DNA of 64,000 nt, taken from the NCBI RefSeq assembly GCF_964194025.1, contig NC_134478.1:29202001-29266000 (forward strand), in the 5' to 3' direction. Below are positions 26,701 through 40,031 of this stretch, piece by piece. Positions within the stretch are counted from its first letter, which is position 1, and each line of letters begins with the position of its first letter. Under the pieces are notes generated by a model. It did no database searches. It was not told the origin of the DNA and worked only from the letters and a program-made list of their open reading frames with translations. This DNA is from Convolutriloba macropyga (taxonomy: Eukaryota). The position numbers were made by a program, and so were the translations under genes.

Positions 26701-27110
26701 AATCTTTTTTTGTTTGACAGTAAGGAGCTAAATTGAGCGTATGCCCAAATGGATCGTAACCACACCCATTGGTCAAATTGTGGTCTCCAACTTGAATAAC
26801 TGATCTTAGTTTCAATGTTTTTGTGGCTTTTCACAGTTATTTTAAACAATTTGTCTTTTCTATCAGGATAAAACCGCACTGTATCAACAGGAACTTGAAA
26901 ACGGGGGTCAGAATAATCATCAACTGTCAAGATGCTCATTGACTGTCTTAAATCAGAGTATTGGTTTCCTTCACTTAAAGTGTCTGATAGCACACTGCTT
27001 TCAACAAAGCTAGAACTACCATCTGCTGTACATTCATTATTTTGAACTGAAGAAGTTTCCATTTTGTTTCCTTTTCTCTTTCCGTTTCTCGTTCTTATTT
27101 TCCAAATAAA
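23800..27110 (-). mobile_element. Decayed non-LTR retrotransposon with C-terminal restriction-like endonuclease (R2 group, CRE-like)
   Basis: RT motifs: PITVGEDLRRLVAK, VQQGDSLGPLLFSL (~25375-25417), QYLDDII (~25290), LPINEAGMGIR. C-terminal motifs: CPHC..DTLGDHAVAC..RHDHLRD (CCHC+RHD), PGDVY, FIPMAFESFGG. Many frameshifts. Confidence 0.9.
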
Positions 27111-27683
27111 AAGTACAGCTTCTGATATATCGAAAGGTCTTTAATTTCGCTGCTGATAAGAGGAAAGATTTTTTCAATCTTGTATTATCTTTGGGCCGCC
27201 CAATGCTGAATAAATATCAATATTGGAAACTCAAGTAGGATCGCATAACACAGGTAACTATAAGTTATGTTGTTCTCCTCTTATTGATTTATAAAAAAAG
27301 GGGTGTGGACTTTACTTGAAAAAACCACCGCACGAGCAACCAATTACTATCAAAATAGGAACAATCTCACTGGGGGACTGTGTTTTTTCATCTTGTCCCA
27401 ATAGACCCAAAACACTTCCAGCCATCACAAGTAATATTCAGGACACAAAAACACAGTAATTATTCTTTGGTAACTTTCTCTTTTTGAGTTTCAGATTTTT
27501 TTTAGGAGCTAACTGCGCACTTGCTAACCTCGTGTGATTGCTGGAAGACAGATGCCGTTGACGCCCATCTGATTTGACACACATCAGATTTATTGGCAAG
27601 CGTCACAATTGAAGCGAAATGAAATGTTTTTCATTCATGCTTTGAATGAAAGACATATTGTTGAAGCGAAATGCATGCTTTGA

Positions 27684-27816
27684 NNNNNNNNNNNNNNNNN
27701 NNNNNNNNNNNNNNNNNNNNNNNNNNNNNNNNNNNNNNNNNNNNNNNNNNNNNNNNNNNNNNNNNNNNNNNNNNNNNNNNNNNNNNNNNNNNNNNNNNNN
27801 NNNNNNNNNNNNNNNN
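27684..27816. other. Assembly gap (run of N)
   Basis: Ns in the sequence; ORF-track entries spanning it are artefacts. Confidence 1.
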
Positions 27817-29399
27817 TCATGCAAGGACAAAACCGAAAAATTTGTCATCAGTAGTTCTTTATAACTTCGAACCTGAAAAAAAAATAATAATTTTAACTAT
27901 TTGACAGAAAAATTTCGTTAATTAAATTTTTTTCATCCGTCTGCCTGTTTTCGGCTGATTAAAATTGTTGTGCAAACCATTTTCTCTGTTTATCGAAAAT
28001 ATGTTCTCAAAGTCTTTACGCAACGTAAAGCTCTTAAAATAGCAAAATCGACTTTGAAAATTCAAAGCTGAAATTTAAAATATTATTTTTTGTCTAATTT
28101 TTTGAGTTCTTTTTGAGATCGATTCTTCGTATTTTATCACAAGTAAAAGTTTTAGGATTACAAAACTATGGAGACGTAGTAAATTCGTTTCATTAAATGA
28201 ACATCAAACCATCCAAACTCATTATCGAAAATAAAAGGTTGAAGCAATTTGTTATCTTTTTTAATTGTTTTTATATTGTCAGAGCAGATAGATTGTACTA
28301 ATCTACTCTAGCGTGATGAAACACAAAAGAAGTTGAGATTTAAAGATTTCATTGCACACCTGGTTCAAAAATATTGAATAAATAGTTGTAAATTCTTTTG
28401 AAAATTATAAGAAAACTATTTTTCAGTTCTGTTTGTGAAATTGTTTTTCCAACTGATCTTTCTCAGTTCTTGTTCGTTTCTGTTATTCTGAAAGTAAAAT
28501 TAAACATTTTGAAAAATATAAGAAACATTTTTTTTTCAATTGTGTTTTTGAAAAGGTTTACCCAACTGATCTGTCCCATTTTTACGTCGTTTTTGTTGAA
28601 TTGAACGTAAAATAAAAATTATTGATTGTCAAATGTCAAATAAAAACAAGGATTTGAATAAAGAAAATGAATAATCTCGTCTTTTCAGTTCACTATAAAA
28701 ATTGTCAAAATTTCATATTCCTACAAAAAGTCTTTCGCTCAAAAGTGTGAAAGGGCAAGAACATAAAGTTTTCTGTTACCCAAAGATCATCAGCGCTACT
28801 ATATAAATGTTTTTTGGGGCAGTTCTATTTTCCCCTTAGGTGTTTGACACAAGATGAAGCAGAGTGCAAAAATTTTCAGAAATAATACTTATGTCAGAAA
28901 AAAACTTGCTCATATTCGTGGCTTTAAATTTATTCAAAACCAAAACTTTTTAATATAACTGGCAACATATCTACAAACTATTGTAAAACGAACTGGCAGA
29001 CTATGATAATGAAAATTTAGAAGTGTCAAAATGTTGAATTTGTTTAGAAAACTTTGGAAGTTTTCTCATATATCACGCCTTGAATTCCAATTACAACCAA
29101 TAAATTTAAAGGAATGGCGATGAACCCTGTGTGAAAATCAATTAACAAAATAATTTTCTAAGTAGTTTTTTTTTCATGAAGGTTGGTATTTATGCATTTT
29201 TTGTGTGTGTTTGTGTGCTGATGTGGATGCATGCATGCGTGTGCGTTAGTGTATTGCGTATGTCATGTTTGTAGAGGAGAGAGCGAGAAAGATATCATTA
29301 GTATGAGAGAGGCCAAAGTAGTCCAAGTGACATTAAGATTTAAAAATTGAAAAATTAAAAAAGTTCAGCAAAAATTGCGGATTTAAAGAAACCCAAAGC

Positions 29400-32300
29400 T
29401 AAAACTTTGTTCCTAACAATCACTGATGAAAAATCTGTGAACTTCAGAAAAATCATTTGTGTTTTGTTTGCTCATGAACCATATTTGCAAAAACTGCGGA
29501 AAGGACGAAGCTAACACAGAGGGGAAGAGGATATTACTTAGGCATAAAGGAAATATAGAGTCACCGAATTGACAATTCTGATTACAAAAATAAATCAAAA
29601 ATCAGTCCGGAAAACGCAAAAATTAGTCTGAAAAAATGACACTACATTTTTAACAAAAACACTATGCAAACACACACGAACAAAAACATATTTGCTTGGA
29701 AGTAAAGGGCTTCAGAAGCCTGTATAAAGACGCCTACAAGGAGCAAATTCAAGTTTTTGATTAACCACATCTTGTCTATTGACCAAATCTGATACCAGTA
29801 TGGTAATGAAGCTCATATATTATTGTTTTTGAGTTGTTAATTGAAAGCTTATGTTCTTCGATCCATGTGATATTTTTTCCTCAAATTTTCATTTGCAAGT
29901 AGAATTAGAGTATCTGTTTTTTCTAGTTCTGAAGTAGTGATATGTCCTTTGCGAATAAAGTTAATTGATTCTCTGAAACCTTTTCCGGAGGATCATTTAT
30001 ATATACTAAAAAGAGAATGGGACCGAACACAGAACCTTGGGGAAATTCTGTACCTATCATTTGTCAGTGGAGCTTTTGCCCGCAACGGTGGTATTTGCGT
30101 TTTGTTGGAAAAAGTCTTGCAAAATATCTAACAGTGGTCCTCGAAAACCTTAACTTCAGCCCTTTTTTGGAAACAGTTTATATTATATAGTGTCGAATGC
30201 TTCTTTCAAATCAAGAAACGTGCAGAAACTGTTCACTTTACTGTTATTATTTCCGGTTTTTTTAAAAGTTATCTGTGTTAACTTCTAACGTACTTCGTAT
30301 TTCTCGGAAACCGATTTGCTTGGTTTTCAAGATTCTCGTTTTCAATATTCGTTCAAAAATTTTGATGATATCAGGTAGTAAGTATATAGCACAATAGTTG
30401 CTGTCACTTTTTTACTGAATTAAATATTAGAAATACTGTAGCTTTTTGAAAAAATTTTGTTTTTCTGATTGTTCTAATAGTTATAAAAGACAAAATGCCT
30501 CTTATTTAAGATTTTTTTTGAAACTTATTGTTTATAGAGATAAATTCTTCAGACCAAATGTTATTGAGGTCACTCATGCAGCTGTCATTTTCCAAAAAAA
30601 AATGTCTAACGAAAAAGGATGAGTTATTTAGCTTTTTTGGGTTCACATTGGTTGGTGGAGCTGATGAGAAATTTTTACAAAGAATAACAAAACATATGAG
30701 CAGACTTTTGGCGTTCATGTTTTTCTCATTGAGCTCGTTATTTTTTACATTGCCCTGGGTTTTTCGCAATCTTTAAAACTTTGATTTTGCCGTAGATTAG
30801 TGCTAAGAAGATTCTGATGTATTTTTTTCATCGATAATTCTATTAGTTTTGTTGATTTGTTTCTCTGGTTTTTTTATCCCGATATATTTGTGTTCATCAA
30901 AAAAGGAAATCTTTATAAGATCTCATCTTTTTACAATCATTGTAATTTAACTGTTGTTTTCTTTTTTTAATCAGAGTCGTTTTTTTCTAATTTTGTAAAA
31001 ACGTTGACAATGCTTTAATTCATAAATCGTTAATCAATTCAAACAAGTCATTAATATCCCAATTTTGGAGTTTTTCATCACAATCCTCAATAGCAAAAAG
31101 ACATCTATTTTTTAAGTTGATTATTCTCAAATTATTTCAGCGGACGTCGCAGAAAGACATCCTTTCTCTTAAATATAACTTTTTGTCGCTGATGTTCTTC
31201 GAAAGTCACAAAACGAAACATCGACGCAAAAAAAGTAAAAATCATTTTATCTTAAACAGAACGAAACAAAACAAAACACCTTGCTTTCCTTGATCACCCA
31301 GTTTACTTAGACCAGGAAATAATTAAGAAACAACTTGTGATTGCTCAACCAAGATGCGTACATAGACGACAACACGACTATTGTTTTATTAGATTGTAAA
31401 TTTTGAGCTTACACCGTTTGAGTTTTTTTGCCTCCGAAGATATTTTTCATAAATTTTAGCTTTCAATCTGGCCACCTCCTTGCAATCGTCAGTTGACTTT
31501 TTTTCTCGAGGGTCATTGATATTTTGCCGAGCTTTTTTTTTAATAGGGTTTTCCAACCTATCCAGATCATTCAGATAGTCCACACGCAAAAATTATTTTC
31601 CGCTGCCAGTTTTAAAGAATTATATCAAAATTTTGCAATTTCCTGACGTCACCATAAACGCACGTTTTTCAGCTTCGGAGATTATACTTTGTTCTACTGG
31701 ACCAAGAGGCTCGTTGATGAGATTCTTTTTTTCTTTCAGCGGTTGTTTTGTACATTTTTGTTTGCGACGGTTCTTCATAAGCAATGCATATTTATGAAAT
31801 TGAACGAACTTAATGATAGCAGTGGGCATATTCTTGCTGGCAATGTTTTGCGAGAACTGACAACATGATACGCCACTAATTCACTCTCTGTGATGCACTT
31901 AATTCCCAAATGTTTTTCAGAAAATTTTATCCTCTCCTCCGCCAAGGTTTCGTTTTCACTGGCGCTGAAGGTTCATGATGCGCACGCTACCCCTTCTGGT
32001 ACACGCTTCTTGATCACGGAGTCTATCGTCAAGTTCTTCGACAAAAATTTGCATGTCTGATTTTTTCATTGGTAACCTTACTTTGCTGTCTAAGCGCTTT
32101 TACTGCCTCCTGTAGTTTTTCGATAATTTGCTCCATGGTCTGTTCCACCGAGCTTTCCACGGACATAATTGATATTAATATAAAGAAAGTTTTTCGGGGA
32201 ATTTTTTTTCAAAGCATTTAAAAAAAAGATGTTGCTGCTTTTTTTTTCAAGCCAGTTCAAATCAATTCTTCCATTGCGCGAGGAAGCAAAAAAAATTGCA

Positions 32301-32600
32301 ACGTAAATTCTTTCGCTGCATGATGCGACCGTTTCTGCGCTGTCTAGTTTGCTTTTTTGTCAAAAAATTTTCAAAATTACGTCCGGAAAAGGCTAAAATC
32401 AGCCAAACAATTGTCAAAAATTGCCAGGAAAATGTCCAAAATAGCCAAAGAATCGTCCAAAAAATAGCCGAGAATTCGTCAAAAATAGCCGGGAAATCGT
32501 CCAGAAATTGCCGAAATAGCAGATCTTCAAGGCTTGACATACGACGTGATGTGCTGGTTTGCCAACCCAAGACGTGTATTTAACTGCAGTTGTACTGATC
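29400..32600 (-). mobile_element. Decayed two-ORF LINE (CR1/L2 group), internally deleted
   Basis: Minus-strand RT motifs: KATVF (~30440), GFR..RST (~30305), FLDLKEAFDTI (30187-30219), FPQGSVFGPILFLVYIND (~29992-30045). ORF1-like remnants lie at 31389-32166 (coiled coil, PTAIIKF). The 5' region has ~22-bp AAAATAGCCG repeats (32390-32520). Confidence 0.8.
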
Positions 32601-35052
32601 AAAACTTGAAACTCTTTCCCGGTGAGCCGTTTATGAATTAAAGCGGTGTAGACGATGTGGAGAAAATACAATAAAGGAAGAGATATTTATTCTAAAATTT
32701 CGGACTATATTACATGTTTAAAAATGACTTTGCTGCTGGTTCAGAATTTTCATGAACGCACATGAGAATAACAAAACGGGCTATGAGTTCCAAAAATCAT
32801 CGTGTTTAAATCTGAAATGATGATATTATTAAACATATACAAGTTAATAATATATTTTTATATTTATGTGTGACCTTTTCGATAGTCGTTAGATTTGCAA
32901 ATATTTGTATTGAGTGCTATACGACCAGGTCGATAGTCAATGATTGATAAATAGGTTAAAAATTATTGATACATTATTTTAACAACCAATCTTTATTAAT
33001 TCGTTATTAACACGCAGTTTTTAGCTAAAATCACATTCCTGAAATCCACTAATCAAATGCTGCGTATATTCGAATCATTGCTGCGATGGAAAACATATTC
33101 ATTAGAGGGTGTTGTATCAATTGGTCATTTGTTTAAGAAATAACCCAATTGTGATGAAGTCAGTTGCATTTATTAGTGTTTATTCAGGAAGGTGATTTAG
33201 TTCAAATTGGTTAATAATTATAGATATATTGTGTATAACTCTCTTCCACTGTCACCCGCATAGCCGTATACACATTACTTCTGTCTTGAGATACTAAAAA
33301 GTTATTTAGGTTCTTCAGATATCATTATTGCCAATAGTAAAAGCAGACGTTCTACATTTTACAGTTTGAAGCCAATTTTCCATTGAATAAGATAACTGAT
33401 AGCATTCTTTACGGAAACGCTTTATAAATTTTGCAGTTATCTTTCAACTATTCTTAGTTCTATTTGCAGTATGATAAATTGTTTAAACATATCATTGATA
33501 CAAAGCGCGCGCTCCTTTTATTTTTGAACGCGTTTCACATATTTTAAAAACTACCATTCAACAGGGAACACATTACGATCGAAAGCTATGATTATTGGTA
33601 TCAATCAGTAAGCCGAATTATTAATCGGCCAAAACAACACGAAAACTACGATTCTGGCACACGAAAACGTTTCAAACACGCAATGGCATCTTCTAGAGCA
33701 TTTTCCCATCCAAAACAGTGAAAACATTACTTTACGTGGAAAAATTGAAGCTCTATTGTCACATATATCTGCAAATCAACAATTCGGCTAATTGAGCTCG
33801 ATGAATTTTTCTGATATTCTTTGAGCAAAGCGTGACAAAGCGTTCACTACATGTGACTTGTTACAGTGAACCAGATGCTGGAAAGGAGACAATAACTAGT
33901 ACAAAAGTGCTCCATTTAGACGAAAAACTCACATAGCGTAAAAAGAACTGGATGTGAAAGACGAATTCTTTTCAATCTAACGGCTATATTAACTTTTTTG
34001 AATCGACAAAAAGTGTACTAAGTTCATTGAAGATTTTTCATGTCTCCGAACAAAGTTGTTTTTATAGAACAAATAAGTTGAGGGGTTGTTACTCTCTTTT
34101 AGGCTATAATAAATTTAGGTTTAGTGAACTCAAAAACGCGCTTCATCGAGTTTTAGACATGGAAAAATGTTTTGCACGCTTTAACTCCCAAACTAAAAAC
34201 TCTACCAAGGAAAGGAAAATATAGTCATCCAAGCATCATCGCAGTAACATACTTTTGCAATAATACTCAATTTATTTCCAATTATGAGCAGACATTACTT
34301 GACATTAGTTTTATTACTAAAACTCAGTTTTGTTTTGCATTGAAACCAAATTGTGAATTCAGGATTTCCTTTTGCTTCCTTTTGTAATAATTTTTGAGAA
34401 AAATTTATGGCATAAATTATACCGCGGTTCACTACTGTGTACATTGCTCACGTTTAAGCCCGGTGGTATATTTAGTCAATAGAAAAATCTTTAAACCGAA
34501 ACAATAATGGTTCAGTATAGCCGTACCTTGAAAAACAAATAAGATCTAGTAAAATAAACAAAAAAGACGTTTTTATCCTGGCCACGGCAAAACAATAAAC
34601 GAATATAAATATCGTGTTTGCCTAACATTTTTATGTTTATACTATACTATTAGAACTGATATGTGTGATTTGCTGTTTAATAACCTGGAATCGCTTGCTA
34701 GTTAAGACAAATTCTTTGTTCAGCTGTGTTGATTAATCATTTGGCTGATTTACCTGTGTATGTGTGTGAAATGTTACAATTATGCTGACAACTTTGTCAG
34801 CGGTTGCAGTATCGAACAACAGATCAACAATTGCTCTTAATTATCAATTCTAGAACAGGTGAGTTACTATTTCTCTGAGAATTGTTGCAGTTAAGAGATA
34901 TGAAAGGTCATGTATTGATTCAATATGGTTTTCAGTTCTAGCGTGTCTTTTTGAACAAGTAAATTACTTTTATAACGAGCTGGATAAAATTTAAGTCAAA
35001 AATAATATTTACATTCTAATTTTTGAACAGTATTTCAAATCTAGATTAGAGG

Positions 35053-35080
35053 GGATCTTTTCCGCTAGCGGAAAAGATCC
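35053..35080. mobile_element. 28-bp perfect palindrome with 8-bp TSD; minimal Merlin-like element or footprint
   Basis: ATTAGAGG|GGATCTTTTCCGCTAGCGGAAAAGATCC|ATTAGAGG. Confidence 0.8.
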
Positions 35081-35991
35081 ATTAGAGGTTCGGTGTACTG
35101 CTAAGCATAAAAATAACTTCGGAAGCAGTTAATTGTTGTCTGGAATAGTACAAGTTTAAACTGCCTAAGCAGATGCTTTTTTAACAATCGCCTAAATTTT
35201 GTTTGCAATATTTTATTTTATGTATTTCACTTTTATTTTTATGTAAGTGGACGTTTAATCCATTTCAGAATGCTTTTTTGACGTACGGAGCGTTTGCTTG
35301 CTTTTAGTTTGATAACATTTTCAGTCCTGCGGTTTTCTCGCCAGAAAATTTACCCCTGGTAAAAATTATCAGCACTGAATAATGTCCGGAAAAACTTCTC
35401 AATTTGAAAACATAGCCGGCAGATTGCCGGAAACTAGCCGCGATAGACGCTTATCGCCTTCCATGGAATTGAAGCAACTAGAGAAATAAGATAGGCAGAT
35501 TGACCACCAGTTCTTTAATAGACCACTAGACTTTTTGAATTCGATTCGAACTGTCATCTTTATGAGATACATGCGCTCTATAAGGAAAAAGTCCTAATAG
35601 AGTTTTTTTCAAATTTAATATTCTATTTCAAAAACTCAAGACTGTATATTCAAGAATTAGGGCATTTACGTTTGGCACTACTTGGATGCACAAAATTGAT
35701 CTTTAACTAGTAAATGTTCATAAAATTTAAAGTTCATTAAGTGATTTTAGAAGCCATTTTTTGAGTGAGGTAAGTCACGCAATTGAATTAAAAGCGGTGT
35801 AAGTGAACATTTGTGTAAGTGAACAAATGACGTCACTTACACAAATTTTAACTGCAAAGCAGTAGAAGTCATTAAAAGTGAATTCCAAAAAGTCAGGTCG
35901 TAAGAATAATCGATGGAGACGACTAATTAAAAAACATAGCAGGGCAAGTCTTGACGTACGATTCAATAAATTTTCATTGATTAAACAAAAG

Positions 35992-36545
35992 ACTAGACCT
36001 AGAGCGGACTATGAGTGAATTCGGAAAACAATTTCTAAAAAAAATCACATCAAAAAATAAAAAAAAAACAAAATCAATGTCAAAACGCCACATGCGAACA
36101 AAAAACCACTAGCGAGAAATGGAAATTTGGTTCAAACAGGAAACTAATCCTAGAATGAATTTTGAATGGAATGGGAAAATCATTTAGAAAAAATCCGATC
36201 CAACAAATCGAAAAAAAACAGTAAAAATCAAAATGAAATTGCTACATGTGAACAAAAAAACCACTTGCGAGAAAGCGAATTTTTGTTCAAACACAGTTTT
36301 CTCAATCTACTTTAAAGTTAGAGCGAAAAAAATTTACGCCCCAAAATCACTCTCATTTTGGCTCAACTTCCTGTTTCGGCGTGACTAAAATCACCACTCC
36401 AATTTGACTTCAAAAATCATGAAAATGCTTGAACAGATCTTAAAAAAAGACAAAGCCCCAATACAATTCAATTCTTTGAGTTCGATGTAAAAAACACGAT
36501 GTCCCCAATAATAGCCGCTATCGCTTTGCGGCTATTAAAAAAATT
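35992..36545 (-). mobile_element. Possible Helitron/Helentron-type non-autonomous element of a second family
   Basis: The minus strand starts in a T-run with the hairpin TAATAGCCGC..GCGGCTATTA (36509-36537), ends ...CTAGGTCTAGT, and has an internal duplication (36063-36138 vs 36215-36292). Confidence 0.35.
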
Positions 36546-39500
36546 ATTTGAGTGATTAGCTGTTCTGCTTGTGATATGTCAAATTTCACAAGATAGAGTT
36601 CAAAGGATATCTGAAACTTTTTTCTCTTGTGGTATTATGTGATTTGCCAGTCTATCTGTCGGTTTATAGGTCGCTTTGCCTAACAGCTCAGGTTTTGAAA
36701 AAATGCTTTAATGTTTAACTATGAGGGTATAAGTGACATAAATCGGGCTTCAGAATGCATCTGATGCCCTATAGACTATATAGATCTGATCTCTATTACT
36801 ATTTTTAAGAAAACTTTAATAAGTTGAACTTGAAAATTTAAATTCGAATTAATCACAATTCCCAAGTCAAGTATCTGCAGTGCTCACCAAATTGTTTACA
36901 AATGGCTTTCTCTCGAAAAGAAAAACAAACTGATTTTCTCAATTTTTATGGTAAGCTTATTTTGTTTAAGGTACTTATCTTTTTTTCCCTCGAGGAGAAA
37001 GTTTTTCCTTTTTTTTGTGATGAGCCCTCATGATATAATTTAACACGCTAAATGTTTGAAAAGTTTTTAGTTTTGAGTTCAAAGTTATAAAGATATAAAT
37101 TTTTTCCGGGATATTATAGAGTTTTATGATTATGCCTATCTATGGGAAATTGATGGACTTGCACTCATATATTTCACATTAGTGCTCTATAAAAAACAAG
37201 AAGGGATTAACATATTTTTTGTGAAGGTAATGAAAAACATTTACACTTGTTATCCACTTTTCGAGGTGCATTTATTGAGACGTTCTCTTGACTGATTTCA
37301 TATTTATAATTATCTGCGCAGGCGTATCTTGCGATTCTATCTTGGGATTGGGAGTGAGGGATTGAAACACATGGATCAAATGCTTGAACAAAGGCTTCTC
37401 CAAATAAATTTGAGAACTATTTCAAAGAATTGATTTCTGCAAAAAAAAACTAATTTTTCAAAGAAGTAACGCAACTCGTGTAAATATATGGATTAAAACA
37501 TTAAAAACATGATACTCTTCAAAGAAACACAACTTTCAGAAAATCCGTTGGTAATACAAATCAAAAATAAACTAGTTGTTATCAATATTTGGGGATTTAG
37601 ATTAATTGCTCATATACACCTGGACAAAAAATTTATATTTTCTGTAATTTTACCGCACAAAACCAACAGCAAATATTCAACTGTTGGTTAATATCCAATT
37701 TTTAACGTCGACTTTTTCCCATCCACAATTTTGTTAGCAGGTTATAGATTTGTCCAATAATTTTGTCATGTGAATTGCAAAGGCATGTGTGATTACAACC
37801 CATGCAGCACGCTATTCAACAAGTGTTTGGACAAATGTGTTTTACATGACAAATTATTCAATTTTTGAAACTTTTACTCTCATATTGAATTTAGTCTCAT
37901 GTTGATTGATATAGTAACAAAATACATTGATAGAGAAGTTAAAAAACTATAAACAATAATTTAGAAAAATTTCTGTTGAACTCTGTGTCATCTACGTCAA
38001 GAAAATAACGAGACTCACGATAGCAGATGGATGAACACCAATGAACCTAATCGTTTTCAAAGAGACAATTTTCAAATGCAAGCCAATAATTGTCATACAG
38101 GTTTGTTCAAGCAAAATAAATTAATATGATTGTTGATCGAAATTGATTTTCTTGTTAATTCTTGTGAGAAATATAAAATAATGAAAATAGGGATGATCAT
38201 ACGGTTTCTGTGTTATCGAAACCTTTCTTCAGTTTTTGGTTTCTTTCCACACAAAAGCTTTCCACTGACAATTCTTGAAGCCAATTTTTGGATTTGTTAA
38301 TTGTTTCCCCTTGTAGCGTCAGTTTATTGTAGAATTTAGTCATAGGGTTTCCATCTACGCTCGGTATCTGCGTCAGAGCTTTCTTTCTTTGTTTGGTTAT
38401 CAGCCGTTTTCTATTACAAAAATGAAACTTTTTAGGGGAATACCTATGACAAGTTGCTTTTTTTGAAACCATGATGTTGCTTACTTATGGTTTTTCAGTC
38501 ATTTGAACTAAATTTTGAATCTTTTTTGATATGACGCTTAGTGACTGGAATTTTGAAAGACAAGAGACGGATAGAACAAAAAAACTGTAATTTTTGCGGT
38601 GTTTACTAACCTTGTTTTAGTGCCTAGGTCAAAAAAAGTTTTCAAAATTTTTGACTGAGACTTTCAGCAGCAAGGTCAATACGAAAAAACAGTTAAAAGA
38701 AAAAGAAAAAGAAAAGAAATATTCTTTTCGAAATTGTTTTAAGATGGATCCCATACCTACATCTAAGTGACAATCAGTACGTATTCAATTCAATTTCAGA
38801 GAATTTTCACTTTTTAGTACTGATTCAGAAGGTTTTCAGAACCAACTGTGAAATGATTTCTGAATTTCTCTGAATCAGAGCAAAATTTAGAGAAAATATT
38901 CAGTGTTCTTCTCAATCAGAAGATAAATCAGAATGAATCACTGAATTAGCTCTGAACCAGGCAAATTCAGTGCATAATGTGATCTGTATTAGACTCTGAC
39001 TCAGCACTGAGTTAGGTATTGGATATGCTTTCTGTCAGATCAAAGAGATATGCAGAAATTGCTTTCTCCTTGAATCTACCAGTACTTTTGAATCGTATCT
39101 GCTATGTTTTTCTGTAAGTCCGGTACTTTTAAAAAAATATAGCAAAAAATTCAAAATATTTTTGTTTTGCCAACGCATTTTTTGAATGACAAAAGGAAAA
39201 AAGTTAACACTTACTGCCAATTTTAAAAAATCGCTACTGTTTTATGCTGCCATAGAAAAGGTAGAGGCCTATTAATTTGGTTAGAAACGCTAATTTTCAT
39301 AATATCGATCTGTACTTATAAATTGTCCATGTCAAGTGTGTGAAGGGTTTTAATGGACATTGGAATAGCGCGAAAGGTCAGAAAAGTAAAAACAAATTTA
39401 ACTTTCTTCATTCTTTAATAGACAAAAGAATCTCTTTGAAGATCTATTCAGTTTTCAAGAGCTTTTCAGTGGTAGCATTTTTCTATCTCGCCGCAAAAGA

Positions 39501-39562
39501 TTTCGACCGGAAAAAGATGACTCCATAAAAAATTGCACAAGTGGGTTCATCTAAGTTAACTG

Positions 39563-39726
39563 GGATCTATTCTGTTCCCCCCCCCCCCCAGTGTTTTTAT
39601 GACCTCCAGTTACAAATTATATGTTGTCATATAGCACGTTACTATGTAAGAAAATACACGTGCGCCTGGGGGTCATAAAAAATTTATGCTCACTAAGCTG
39701 GGGGGGGGGCGAAATAGAATAGATCC
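39563..39726. mobile_element. 164-bp MITE with GG-starting TIRs and 8-bp TSD (Merlin-like)
   Basis: GTTAACTG|GGATCTATTCTGTT-C-run...G-run-CGAAATAGAATAGATCC|GTTAACTG, with an inner inverted repeat TTTTTATGACC/GGTCATAAAAA. Confidence 0.85.
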
Positions 39727-39965
39727 GTTAACTGAATTACAGGGCCTAGGCACCATAATAGTGGTTTTCGGATTTTTTTTTCGGATCAACGATCGAGATG
39801 GCTTCTCTTAAAAATTGTTGGATCTATTGTCCTATATATGGTCCAGTCTAACTTAATTGTTTAACAGATATTGTTTCAACTGCAAGAGATCAAAAGATTC
39901 TGTTTTCTTTCAGAAAAGTCAGATAACTTCAATTTATTAGTGTGACTGAGAGTGGCCTAGTGACG

Positions 39966-40031
39966 ATGGTGATGAAACCCGCTGCACCCACAAAATCCGT
40001 ATCCCCCAATCCCAGATACAGAACGACAGTC
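39966..40031 (+). CDS. Host gene, first coding exon (MVMKPAAPTKSVSPNPRYRTTV); function unknown
   Basis: Acceptor TTTTCTTTCAG at 39913, in-frame stop upstream, ATG at 39966, donor GTAAGT at 40032. Its phase 0 matches the exon at 48780. GC-richer than its flanks. Confidence 0.65.

Noticed and set aside
27603-27904. ORFs containing X runs
   Set aside because: Artefacts of the N gap.
32262-32671. Three overlapping ORFs of 85-102 aa
   Set aside because: They arise from a stop-poor ~22-bp repeat region at the LINE 5' end.
38790-39010. TCAG/CTGA-rich stretch with short inverted motifs, similar at 40800-40870
   Set aside because: Probably fragments of a dispersed repeat, but no termini or unit could be defined.
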